From: Spirochaeta sp.
GTDB taxonomy: Bacteria > Spirochaetota > Spirochaetia > DSM-27196 > Alkalispirochaetaceae
Direction: 5' to 3'
DNA length: 64,000 nt
Assembly: GCA_007130865.1 (NCBI GenBank)
Contig: SLRR01000104.1
Coordinates: 1,159 to 65,158 of the forward strand
A model generated the notes under the pieces. That model was not told the DNA's origin, did not search any database, and worked only from the letters and a program-made list of their open reading frames with translations. The translations under genes and the position numbers were made by a program. This document shows, one piece after another, positions 1-8,721 of this stretch (its first letter is position 1; the number at the start of each line of letters is the position of its first letter).

Positions 1-1
1 C

Positions 2-397
2 GCCGAGCTTGCTCACGCGATGCTCTCGGTTGGCTCCGTAAAGGGCATCGAGTTCGGCACCGGTTTTGCTGCGGCGGAGATGACCGGGAGTGAGCACAAC
101 GATGAGATCGGCCCCGACGGATTCATGACAAATAACGCCGGCGGGATTATCGGGGGTATCAGCACCGGCGAAGAGATAGTCTTCCGGGTGGTGGTAAAAC
201 CCACCAGTTCGATCGCCCGGCCACAGCAAACCGTGGACGTTGACGGTACCCCTCTTACGATCCGCACCCTGGGTCGACACGACGCGTGCATCTGCCCGCG
301 CATCGTACCCGTGGTGGAATCCATGGTGGCGCTGGTGCTGCTGGACCACTATAAGCGACAGCACGCGATGCATTTCGGCCGTCCCGGGGAGAAATAA
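2..397 (+). CDS. aroC: Chorismate synthase, 3' part (truncated by window start)
   Basis: Motifs SVKGIEFGTGF, TNNAGGIIGGISTG, VKPTSSI, GRHDACICPR; frame is open back to the window edge. Confidence 0.95.
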   Translation, partial: AELAHAMLSVGSVKGIEFGTGFAAAEMTGSEHNDEIGPDGFMTNNAGGIIGGISTGEEIVFRVVVKPTSSIARPQQTVDVDGTPLTIRTLGRHDACICPRIVPVVESMVALVLLDHYKRQHAMHFGRPGEK

Positions 398-430
398 GCG
401 ACAACACGCGATGCATCTCGGCCGTTCCCG
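351..430 (+). repeat. Imperfect tandem duplication (about 37 bp, period 43) of the aroC 3' end
   Basis: ataagcgacagcacgcgatgcatttcggccgtcccg at 351 vs ataagcgacaacacgcgatgcatctcggccgttcccg at 394. Confidence 0.9.
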
Positions 431-452
431 CGATAGCGGCCGAACCGCCGGA

Positions 453-992
453 TCAGAACTCCAGGTCTTCCGGTTCTTCGCGTTCCGCGTCCGTCTCGTT
501 CCTTCGGCCGGGAAGCACCATGAGCAGACCCGGCGGTATCAGAGCCAGGGGCCACCACCGGACGGTCAGCGAAGCGAGACTCTGCTCGATCAGGTTGAGA
601 CTGAAGAGCAGAAACACCAGGGAAAGTACGATAATTACCGCGCCGGGCAGAACCAGGGAATACCGATAGCCCCGCCCTTTGCGCAAGCCGTAGGTCAGCA
701 ACGAAATGCCTCCGAATGTCATCAACACCGGCCAGAGCGACTGGAGCTCCGTCCGGGTCAATACCGACTGCTGCAGGACGAGAAAGACTCCCGCAAGGCT
801 GAACAGCGTTCCCGTAAAAATGTGTACCTCCCGACCGCCCGGCAGAAACGCCCGGTGCAGAGAGTACGCTCCGACAACTACAAGCGCGACCGGCAGAGCC
901 GGCGTTCGTGGTGAGAGCAACCCTGTCGTGAAGAGAAGGAGAGCCGAGCCTGCGAGAATGATTCCGGTACCGATAATTACTCGTCGTTGCAT
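453..992 (-). CDS. Integral membrane protein (LiaI/LiaF-like, about 6 TM)
   Basis: 179 aa hydrophobic ORF with repeated LWP/WWP motifs. Confidence 0.7.
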   Translation of the reverse strand: MQRRVIIGTGIILAGSALLLFTTGLLSPRTPALPVALVVVGAYSLHRAFLPGGREVHIFTGTLFSLAGVFLVLQQSVLTRTELQSLWPVLMTFGGISLLTYGLRKGRGYRYSLVLPGAVIIVLSLVFLLFSLNLIEQSLASLTVRWWPLALIPPGLLMVLPGRRNETDAEREEPEDLEF

Positions 993-1028
993 TACACTCG
1001 ATCTCAGTCTAACGGGAACACCTCATTG

Positions 1029-1058
1029 TTGCCAATACGCCGTATCCCGAGGTACTAT
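1029..1058 (+). promoter_or_regulatory. Sigma-70 promoter, predicted leaderless
   Basis: TTGCCA-18-TACTAT-6-ATG(1065), no SD. Confidence 0.55.
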
Positions 1059-1064
1059 CGCGGT

Positions 1065-2087
1065 ATGCGACAGGGTTTTCTGGTGGCATTATTTCCGCTC
1101 CTGCTCCTTATCGCGCTTCCGTTGGTCTCCGTGCGGAGCGTGCCCGAGACGGACCTCCTGCCGCTTCAGACCTATCGAAACCACGACGCTCTCGCGTCAC
1201 CACCGTTTCCGGTGGTCGAGAGAGCGTCGCGAGCGATCCGCGACAGGGACGGCATCCCCGCAATGGTGGCCTTCCTCACAGGACATGTAAACGAATACCC
1301 CGACGACAGCAACAACGGGTATTATCTCAGCATAATAGGTGATCTGTACCGCGACCAGGGGGCTCAGGAACTGGCCCGCCAGTATTACCGGCGCGCGCTA
1401 TTGCGGTATCCCGATGTTTATGTGCGAAACGTCCCCACACACCGCGTCTCGATCAACCGGTTGTTGACGATAGTCGAGGATCCGCGGGAACGTATTGAGT
1501 ATCTGCATTACCTGCAGGACCACTACCGTGAGGAAATCGACCGTGGACTGATCGCGTACTACCTGGGCCGCTCCTACGAGGAAGCCGGTCGCTGGTCCGA
1601 GGCTATTGAAAGCTTCCGTGTTTTCCTGAGCTATCCGTCAACCGACGTTCCCGGCGAACCGAACGCCCGCCACAAGATACAGCGGCGCGTCGCGTTCTAC
1701 GACTCCAACCGGAACTGGACCCATCGTGATCTGGACACCCTGGTCTCGCAGATCACAAACGCGCTCTGGTCACAGAACGCTCCCGCGCTCCTGCGTTACC
1801 GTGCAGGGGAGAACTTTTTTACGATGTCCTGGCACCAGGACGAAATGGATCCAAACAGCGACATTCCGACGTTTGATATCGGAGCGTTCCTGCGGCGATC
1901 CAGAGTTCGATACTCCTCCGAATTGGAACTGAACTCCAACGCCAACGAAGCATACCTGCGGACATGGGGATGGTCGCACCGCATCCCTACATGGTACCTC
2001 TATTTCCGCCGTATCGACTTTCCCGCCGACCCGGAGGTGCACGGTAACTGGGAATGGGGCGGTATCCTGTTTGGTGAAGCGTTCTAG
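1065..2087 (+). CDS. Secreted tetratricopeptide-repeat protein
   Basis: Signal-like N-terminus; TPR-like segments IGDLYRDQG..A.QYYRRAL and AYYLGRSYEEAGRWSEAIESF. Confidence 0.75.
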   Translation: MRQGFLVALFPLLLLIALPLVSVRSVPETDLLPLQTYRNHDALASPPFPVVERASRAIRDRDGIPAMVAFLTGHVNEYPDDSNNGYYLSIIGDLYRDQGAQELARQYYRRALLRYPDVYVRNVPTHRVSINRLLTIVEDPRERIEYLHYLQDHYREEIDRGLIAYYLGRSYEEAGRWSEAIESFRVFLSYPSTDVPGEPNARHKIQRRVAFYDSNRNWTHRDLDTLVSQITNALWSQNAPALLRYRAGENFFTMSWHQDEMDPNSDIPTFDIGAFLRRSRVRYSSELELNSNANEAYLRTWGWSHRIPTWYLYFRRIDFPADPEVHGNWEWGGILFGEAF

Positions 2088-2106
2088 TGTCCGACAATAT
2101 GTAGTA

Positions 2107-3009
2107 ATGAGTCGCCCTGTACAACCGGGAACATTGACCTCTACCCTTTCACGCCGTCTCTCGGTGGTGGTTCTGGCTGTTCTTTGCGGCGGAACGCTCG
2201 CAGCGCAAGTCGATCACACCCCGGAAGTATCCAGCGCGATTAACTGGCAAACCAGTACGCTGGAGGTAACGCTTACACAGCGCGTGGACATGACCGCAGG
2301 CAACGCACCGGCCCGGTTACACCGGGCCCAGCAGCAGATCGAACGCGAGTTCGGCTCCGTTCTTTTCACCAGTCTCCTGCCGCTGCAGATCGATTCCGTC
2401 CGAACCGTGGAGGACGCGGTCCGGGACCGACCGGAACTGGCCGCGCGTATCCGGGAACTGGCGGAAAAAGCGGAACGCCAGGTCCCGCGACCGGACCTTC
2501 AGATGTCACAGATCACCCGGCGCCACCTGGTACCGATCTTTCCTGACCTGGCGGAACTGTTCATCGGCCACCGCATCCCCTTCCGGATGGAACGCGTTAT
2601 CGAATGGATCCCGACCGAAACGTTTACGGGAGTGGTGATCCACGCAGCGGATCCGCTGCCTCATCGCGGAACCGGGGAGAACGTTTATCTAACACCCGCC
2701 CTGCTGCCGGAGATCTTTGATACCGAGCTGCGACCGGTGCTGGAACAGGACATGCTGAACCCCGAAGCGATCCGCCGTTGGGGAGTCGTAGCGTACACCG
2801 AGGACTATGACGAGGATGTGTGGCGGAACCGCATCGGAGCAAACCCTTTGCGTCTTATGGCCCGGGAAGCGTTCGGCGTCGTTCCCACGGATATCGTGAT
2901 CGGCCGGGAGGATGCCAACCTGCTCCTCAGTTCTTCCCACAACCGCGAGCTTCTCCGGGAGGGCCGGATTCTCGTAATTGTCGGTCCCGGCCAGACCACG
3001 GCCCGTTGA
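2107..3009 (+). CDS. Secreted conserved hypothetical protein
   Basis: Signal peptide (TLAAQ); C-terminal TGVVIHA..LTPALLPEIFD..GANPL..DIVI domain; start uncertain. Confidence 0.65.
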   Translation: MSRPVQPGTLTSTLSRRLSVVVLAVLCGGTLAAQVDHTPEVSSAINWQTSTLEVTLTQRVDMTAGNAPARLHRAQQQIEREFGSVLFTSLLPLQIDSVRTVEDAVRDRPELAARIRELAEKAERQVPRPDLQMSQITRRHLVPIFPDLAELFIGHRIPFRMERVIEWIPTETFTGVVIHAADPLPHRGTGENVYLTPALLPEIFDTELRPVLEQDMLNPEAIRRWGVVAYTEDYDEDVWRNRIGANPLRLMAREAFGVVPTDIVIGREDANLLLSSSHNRELLREGRILVIVGPGQTTAR

Positions 3010-3043
3010 CTTGCTGTTCAGACTATGCTCCAATTCAAACATT

Positions 3044-4327
3044 ATGAAGGCGTTTTCAGCGTTATCTTTTGTCCTGATCAATGTGCTTTTACTACTGTCG
3101 TGCTCACCCCGGGTCACCGGATACGCTGTCGTGTTATGGCCGGGAGCTGAATCGACGCTCTCCGCCGGCGACGTACTTCCCATAGTGGAAACTTCTCGTC
3201 TGCAGGATACCGTCACGGTACAAATCAACGATGAGCGCGTAACCCTGCCCACCACACGACTGTCCATTTTTGACGAAGAGGACGCAGCGCTTACATTCCG
3301 TGAGAGTTTTGAGCCCTGGGGCGACACGTACGCCCGAAGCCTTGTTAACGCTCTTCCCGTAAGAACAAGCGCGGACAGAACCAGTACCGCTCTCTACCGG
3401 ATGCGGGACGGTGAAGTGGTAAAGATACTTGATCGCGGAGACGAACCTTCCGACGAAGCCGGCCTGGTGGATTACTGGTACCAGGTACTCACGGAGAACG
3501 GTGTCGTGGGGTGGGCGTTCGGTCGGAGCCTGGAGCTGGTAAGCGCCGCGGGGCGCCCTCTCACTCCTCGGGACGACCAGGACCGACTGGACCGACTTGT
3601 ACGGGATATACGCACCGCCACATGGCGTCCCGAGTACTTCAACGAAATGCGACGTACCGGGAGGATTGATCTCAACCGTTTCTCACCGCGGTTCGGGTTT
3701 TTCGGAGATCCGGACGAATCCACGTTCCGCCTGGTGCTACCCACGTTCCGCCGGGAGTTTGTTTACCAGGACTATATCGATGCCGGCACCAACCGTGTAC
3801 GTTTCACCGGTACGGATCTGACACTGGAACTGGTCCGGGAAGATCGCCTCCGCGTCAGTTTTCTGCTGAACGATCGGGACCGGACGGAAACGTTTGTGCT
3901 CTTTGCCGACGACCTGGACGAGATCATGGAAGCCGAACGCGCACGACGACGCGGATTGCTGGAACAGTTTCGTGACCGTGGCGACGGGCTGATCAGCACC
4001 GCTTTTGGTTCACTGCAGATGTCCGATCGAGGTACTGTCCGATGGGAGGGTTACGAGCGGCTCGTTCCGGACATACTGCCTGCCCGTTTCGACGGCAACG
4101 CCACCCTGGAGTTTTCTCTGTTCATCGCGGACGATCTTCATAACCGCTACGACGGTGCGTTGCAGTTTGTCGTCGGTGGCGGTCAGGCCGTGGCGTTCCT
4201 CTACACGATTACCGACGACGGGGTCAGACTCGTGTACATCCCGCAGGGACTGATCGGAGAAAACCGCGTGATTCGTTCCGAACCGTCATCGCCGATAGTA
4301 CTCTTCTTCCGGTACTACCAGTCCTGA
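3044..4327 (+). CDS. Lipoprotein with SH3-like domain
   Basis: Lipobox LLLSC; bacterial SH3-like segment GEVVKIL..WYQVLTENGVVGWAFG. Confidence 0.75.
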   Translation: MKAFSALSFVLINVLLLLSCSPRVTGYAVVLWPGAESTLSAGDVLPIVETSRLQDTVTVQINDERVTLPTTRLSIFDEEDAALTFRESFEPWGDTYARSLVNALPVRTSADRTSTALYRMRDGEVVKILDRGDEPSDEAGLVDYWYQVLTENGVVGWAFGRSLELVSAAGRPLTPRDDQDRLDRLVRDIRTATWRPEYFNEMRRTGRIDLNRFSPRFGFFGDPDESTFRLVLPTFRREFVYQDYIDAGTNRVRFTGTDLTLELVREDRLRVSFLLNDRDRTETFVLFADDLDEIMEAERARRRGLLEQFRDRGDGLISTAFGSLQMSDRGTVRWEGYERLVPDILPARFDGNATLEFSLFIADDLHNRYDGALQFVVGGGQAVAFLYTITDDGVRLVYIPQGLIGENRVIRSEPSSPIVLFFRYYQS

Positions 4328-4345
4328 CAGGTTTAATCGGTAGCG

Positions 4346-6283
4346 ATGGTTTCCGCAACGGGAGTTTCCCTGTCTTTCGGGGATCAGGTGGTCCTGGATG
4401 ATCTCAACGTCACGCTGGACCAGCGTTCCCGCGCAGGCCTGGTCGGCGCCAACGGCAGCGGGAAAACCTCGCTGCTCCGTATCCTTGCCGGCAGATCCAC
4501 TCCCGACAGCGGTACGATCTCGATCGCCCGGACGTGTACCCTGGCTTACCTTCCGCAACAGCTCGAATTACCGCCGGAACGGACAGTTCTCGAAGTAGCC
4601 CAGGAAGGGTATCACCGCGAGGATACGCTGCTCCGGGAGCGGCATAGGCTTGCCCGAGAGCTGGAAGATGATCCTCACAACCACAACCTGCCGGGTGAAG
4701 TCGCCACGCTTGACCAGTCGCTTGAGAACAGCGGTTACTATACACGACACGCCCAGATTCACCGCGTCCTCCGGGGACTCGGATTCTCGGAGGAGGACCT
4801 GGAGCAGCCGATACGTACGTTCAGCGGCGGATGGGCGATGCGCGTCGTTCTGGCACGGACGCTCCTGGAACGTCCTGACTTTCTCCTGCTGGACGAGCCC
4901 ACGAACTACCTTGACAGCGAGTCCCGCCTGTGGCTCTCCCGCTTCCTGGCGTCCTTCCGGGGAGGCTATCTTCTCGTTTCCCACGACCGGGCGTTTCTCG
5001 ACGACACCACGGAGGAGACGTTCGAGATATTCCAGGGCCGTCTCAAACGGTATCGCGGTACGTTTACCCAGTACGAGACACAGCGACGCGCGGAGCTTGA
5101 ACAGCTGGTCAAACGCTGGGAGGAGCAACAGAAAGAGATCGCACGGCAGGAACAGTTCATCCGCCGGTTCCGGGCGCAGGCAACCAAGGCACGACAGGTT
5201 CAGAGCCGGGTCAAGATGCTAGAGAAAGTGGAACCTGTGGAGATACCGGAGCATCTACGTCCGATCTCGATCTCTCTACCGGACCCACCCCATTGCGGAC
5301 GCCACGTGCTCCAGGTAGAAGAACTTTCTCGCAGGTACGGCTCCCGGCACGTTTTAAACAAACTCACCTTTACGATCGAACGAGGACGCCGCCTGGCCGT
5401 GGTCGGCCGAAACGGTGCGGGTAAAACTACTCTCCTGCGCATACTGGCCGGAGGCGACCGCAACCATGACGGTACGATTTCCCTCGGCTCCGGCGTCCGA
5501 TGCGGGTATTTTGCCCAGGACAGCCCGGAACAGCTGCCGACGGACACCACCGTCCAGGCTTACCTGGAGTCGCATGCCGGCGACGAATCACGGCCCATGG
5601 TGCGTCACCTCCTGGGAGCGTTTCTCTTCAGTGGAGACGCTGTAGAGAAGCCATTGGAAGTTCTGAGCGGCGGAGAGCGATCACGTCTCGCCATGGCGTC
5701 GCTCCTTGTGAGGCCGCTGAACCTGCTCATTCTCGACGAACCGACGAACCATCTGGACATGACAAGCCAGGAAGTGCTCGCCCGAGCGTTGCAGCGCTAC
5801 AAAGGCACAGTGGTTTTCGTTTCTCACGACCGGAGTTTTCTCCGTTCGGTTGCTACGGACGTACTGGCTCTCTGGGCGTGGGACGCGTCGTTTCCCGATC
5901 GGTGGCGTCTTTATCCCGGTTCTTTCCAGGAGTTCGAAGAAAGCCACATCGGTTCCGTTTTTGCCGATCCGGAACAGGAGTCCAGGGAAACGACCGGATC
6001 TACGGCGAACGTCGAGGGCGCACGCCGTTACGAGGAGCAGAAAGCGCGTAAAGCGGAGTTTCAACGACTGCGGCGACGGGAAGCGGAGATGCTGGAGCAG
6101 ATTGAAGCCAGGGAAGCGGAACACCGACACGTGCAGGAAGAACTCGCCACGCCCGATATTTATACCGACGGCGAAAAAGTGCGTTTTCTCAACGACAAAC
6201 TGAACCGACTCCAGGGTGAGATCGATGACCTTCACCGGACGTGGGAGGAAACGGAGCTCCGGCTGGCGCAACTGGACGTTTGA
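4346..6283 (+). CDS. ABC-F family ATP-binding protein
   Basis: Two ABC domains (GANGSGKT/FSGGW/LLDEPTN and GRNGAGKT/LSGGE/LDEPTNHLD), linker, C-terminal coiled coil, no TM. Confidence 0.93.
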   Translation: MVSATGVSLSFGDQVVLDDLNVTLDQRSRAGLVGANGSGKTSLLRILAGRSTPDSGTISIARTCTLAYLPQQLELPPERTVLEVAQEGYHREDTLLRERHRLARELEDDPHNHNLPGEVATLDQSLENSGYYTRHAQIHRVLRGLGFSEEDLEQPIRTFSGGWAMRVVLARTLLERPDFLLLDEPTNYLDSESRLWLSRFLASFRGGYLLVSHDRAFLDDTTEETFEIFQGRLKRYRGTFTQYETQRRAELEQLVKRWEEQQKEIARQEQFIRRFRAQATKARQVQSRVKMLEKVEPVEIPEHLRPISISLPDPPHCGRHVLQVEELSRRYGSRHVLNKLTFTIERGRRLAVVGRNGAGKTTLLRILAGGDRNHDGTISLGSGVRCGYFAQDSPEQLPTDTTVQAYLESHAGDESRPMVRHLLGAFLFSGDAVEKPLEVLSGGERSRLAMASLLVRPLNLLILDEPTNHLDMTSQEVLARALQRYKGTVVFVSHDRSFLRSVATDVLALWAWDASFPDRWRLYPGSFQEFEESHIGSVFADPEQESRETTGSTANVEGARRYEEQKARKAEFQRLRRREAEMLEQIEAREAEHRHVQEELATPDIYTDGEKVRFLNDKLNRLQGEIDDLHRTWEETELRLAQLDV

Positions 6284-6308
6284 TTCTCCCCGGAAGGAAC
6301 AGTATTTT
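6280..6308 (+). promoter_or_regulatory. Sigma-70 promoter, predicted leaderless
   Basis: TTGATT-17-TATTTT-6-ATG(6315). Confidence 0.5.
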
Positions 6309-6314
6309 AGGCGC

Positions 6315-6962
6315 ATGAAACGCGTGCCTCTCTTCCCCCTGGGTCTGGTTCTGTTGCCCAGAATGCCGCTGCCCCTGCATATCTTCGAGGAGAGGTACAA
6401 GGAAATGTTCGGTCGGTGTATCCACGACGACGAGCCGTTCGGTATCGTCCTCCAAACAGGATCAACCTTTCAGCAAACGGGTAGCCTCGCGCGGATCGAG
6501 ACGGTGATCAACCGGTATGTCGACGGACGGCTTGACGTGCTCACCACAGGGACCGACCGCTTTCGGATCCATGAGATATACCGCGATAAAGCGTACCTCG
6601 AGGCGGAGGTGGAACTGTTCCAGGACGACCCGATCGATGAAACCAACAAGAGGCGCGTACAGGAACTGGTCCGATCCGCGGTCTCCGGTCTTCAGGAATA
6701 CGCCCGCGTTACGGGCTACGCGGTAGATACGGAAGTTATCGAGAACCTTGACTACGAGGAGCTTTCATTTCTCATGGCTACCACCAGCGTCTTCAGCACC
6801 CGGGAAAAACAGGAACTGCTGGAGCTTCGCTGCACGGAAACCCGGATTAAACGCGCGGCGCGGGCACTCGACGAGAGCCGCCGCCATCGCGAAATGGAAC
6901 CTCGTGTGCGGGAGTTGCTCGGCCTGCCCCGGGACGAGGATCTGCACTGGTTATTCAACTGA
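6315..6962 (+). CDS. Stand-alone Lon N-terminal (substrate-binding) domain protein
   Basis: VPLFPLGLVLLPRMPLPLHIFEERY, PFGIV, DGRLDV..G..RFRI, EKQELLE motifs. Confidence 0.88.
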   Translation: MKRVPLFPLGLVLLPRMPLPLHIFEERYKEMFGRCIHDDEPFGIVLQTGSTFQQTGSLARIETVINRYVDGRLDVLTTGTDRFRIHEIYRDKAYLEAEVELFQDDPIDETNKRRVQELVRSAVSGLQEYARVTGYAVDTEVIENLDYEELSFLMATTSVFSTREKQELLELRCTETRIKRAARALDESRRHREMEPRVRELLGLPRDEDLHWLFN

Positions 6963-6981
6963 TTACACGGGATCACCACCT

Positions 6982-7008
6982 GTTTACCACTCGCAGACCG
7001 TGGTAAAC
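6982..7008. promoter_or_regulatory. Perfect 9-9-9 inverted repeat overlapping an extended -10 (TGgTAAACT)
   Basis: gtttaccac-tcgcagacc-gtggtaaac in the intergenic region. Confidence 0.45.
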
Positions 7009-7029
7009 TAACCCCTGGGGAAGCAACCG

Positions 7030-7560
7030 ATGATCATGGACGTAATACTGCAGGATGGCCCCCGGCCCGTTGAGATCAGTCCGGAGCCGGACGCGCTTGC
7101 TCAGCGTTCCGGCGCGGGTGACAATAACACACCTCGACTCTGGCTCGTTACGGTGACTCTGGAGATACGTGCTCCCGTATCATGGTGGAAGCAGGCGCGA
7201 GGATATTTCTCCGAGGTTCTCTGGATTCGCGCGCGACCGGACGAGGAGGCCGCGGGCGAACGCCGCTTCGGCACCCGTGATTTTGAGGAGCCGGTACCTG
7301 AAGCGGTGTTGGATCACCTTAATCGGCTCGTAGAGACGGGGGCGCGTTCCAGTCTGCAGAGTCGTCTTCCCGCCAGCTTCATCCGACGCGGTGTAGTTCA
7401 CACCAACCTCTCAGTACTTCGTGATATAATGCGTGAACGAGGTCATTACAACGATGGGCACTGGGCGAGTTTCTGTCGCTTCCTGCGCAACGATCCTGTT
7501 TTTGATCCGGTTCATGGCGCGGGGGAGACCGGGAGACGGGAGAACAGTAATGAGAACTAG
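7030..7560 (+). CDS. Hypothetical protein, degenerate ThyX-like fold
   Basis: VTLEIRAPVSWWKQ and LPASF..TNLSVLRDIMRERGH..HWASFC resemble ThyX-like proteins; RHRxxxxxxxS is absent. Confidence 0.55.
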   Translation: MIMDVILQDGPRPVEISPEPDALAQRSGAGDNNTPRLWLVTVTLEIRAPVSWWKQARGYFSEVLWIRARPDEEAAGERRFGTRDFEEPVPEAVLDHLNRLVETGARSSLQSRLPASFIRRGVVHTNLSVLRDIMRERGHYNDGHWASFCRFLRNDPVFDPVHGAGETGRRENSNEN

Positions 7561-7571
7561 AAAGTAAGAGG

Positions 7572-8708
7572 ATGCCGATGTCAGATTACGGAAAGCCGAT
7601 TCGCAACGTCACGGAGGAGCGGGAAAGGATTCTCTCGAGAATCGACCGCACCCTGAAGGATCTGGGTTCCCGAACGGTGGAGCTTCCGGAAGAGAAGCTC
7701 CCCCCGGCAACCACGGAGCACGTAAAACAATACCGGGAGATCAGGGACGCGATCGAGAACGCCAGTTCCGCTATCGAGCGGATGATGGATATCGACCAGC
7801 GCGAGAGTGACATTAAGCAGAAGATGAAGGACCTCCGGTCTGAACGGGAAGATCTCGGCCGCGGACTTTCGGGTGTCTACGAGCAGATCGGCGCGGTGGC
7901 GTTCCGGCTGTACCAGGAGTCACCACTGATCGATGCGGGCTACTCGAGCGCTTTTGAGGCTCTCGCCCGCTACCAGGACGATGTTAGAACGATCGAGAAC
8001 AGGTTAAACCAGCTCCAGAGAAATCGGGAGAGCGGTAAGAAACCGGGTATTCTGGACCGTGTTAAAAAAGGGAGCAAAGACGCGTACCTCCGGAACCGTC
8101 TTAACGTTCAGGAGAACCGACTTCCCCGCCTGCTGCAGATCACCGGAGAGCAGCTTGCCCAGGGTGACTTCATTTCTCAGGTGGACGATGAAGAGCTCAA
8201 CCGCGCGACGGAGCCGCTCCGCTCAGTTAAGAAACGTTGGGACGAGATCGACCAGGAATTGCAGGAACTCACGCAGGAGTCGGGCCGACTCGTGGAAGAG
8301 TTCAACGATCTCTCCGGCGGTCACGGTCTACGGAGGGCTCGTTCCGAGCGTGAATCAGATATTGCACGACTCCGGGAGGAGCTGAACACGCTTTTTCACA
8401 CGATCGGCACTATTGTGGAAGAAAACCGGACGGGGGAGTTCGCGGAAACACTGAAGGATCTCACCAAACTACGTCAGGAAGTTGCCCGGCAGGACGAACT
8501 ACTGGCACGGCTCCACGCGGGTCGGCAGATAGAGAGCGTTTCCCGGGACCTCAATTCCTGCCGGCGACAGCAGGATCGTGCAAAGAAGGATATCGAGGAG
8601 TTGCAGAACCAGCTTTCACGACTCCATGAAGAGGAAAGCGCGCTGGAAGCACAGCTACAGCAGCTGGAAAGCGAGCGCGGTGACCCGGAGGAACTCCTCC
8701 ATCTCTGA
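7572..8708 (+). CDS. Coiled-coil hypothetical protein
   Basis: 378 aa, E/Q/R/L-rich heptad pattern. Confidence 0.75.
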   Translation: MPMSDYGKPIRNVTEERERILSRIDRTLKDLGSRTVELPEEKLPPATTEHVKQYREIRDAIENASSAIERMMDIDQRESDIKQKMKDLRSEREDLGRGLSGVYEQIGAVAFRLYQESPLIDAGYSSAFEALARYQDDVRTIENRLNQLQRNRESGKKPGILDRVKKGSKDAYLRNRLNVQENRLPRLLQITGEQLAQGDFISQVDDEELNRATEPLRSVKKRWDEIDQELQELTQESGRLVEEFNDLSGGHGLRRARSERESDIARLREELNTLFHTIGTIVEENRTGEFAETLKDLTKLRQEVARQDELLARLHAGRQIESVSRDLNSCRRQQDRAKKDIEELQNQLSRLHEEESALEAQLQQLESERGDPEELLHL

Positions 8709-8721
8709 CAGCGTACGATAA

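Noticed and set aside
351-430. Repeat as a CRISPR remnant
   Set aside because: Only two copies, a gap of about 6 nt, overlaps coding sequence, no cas genes
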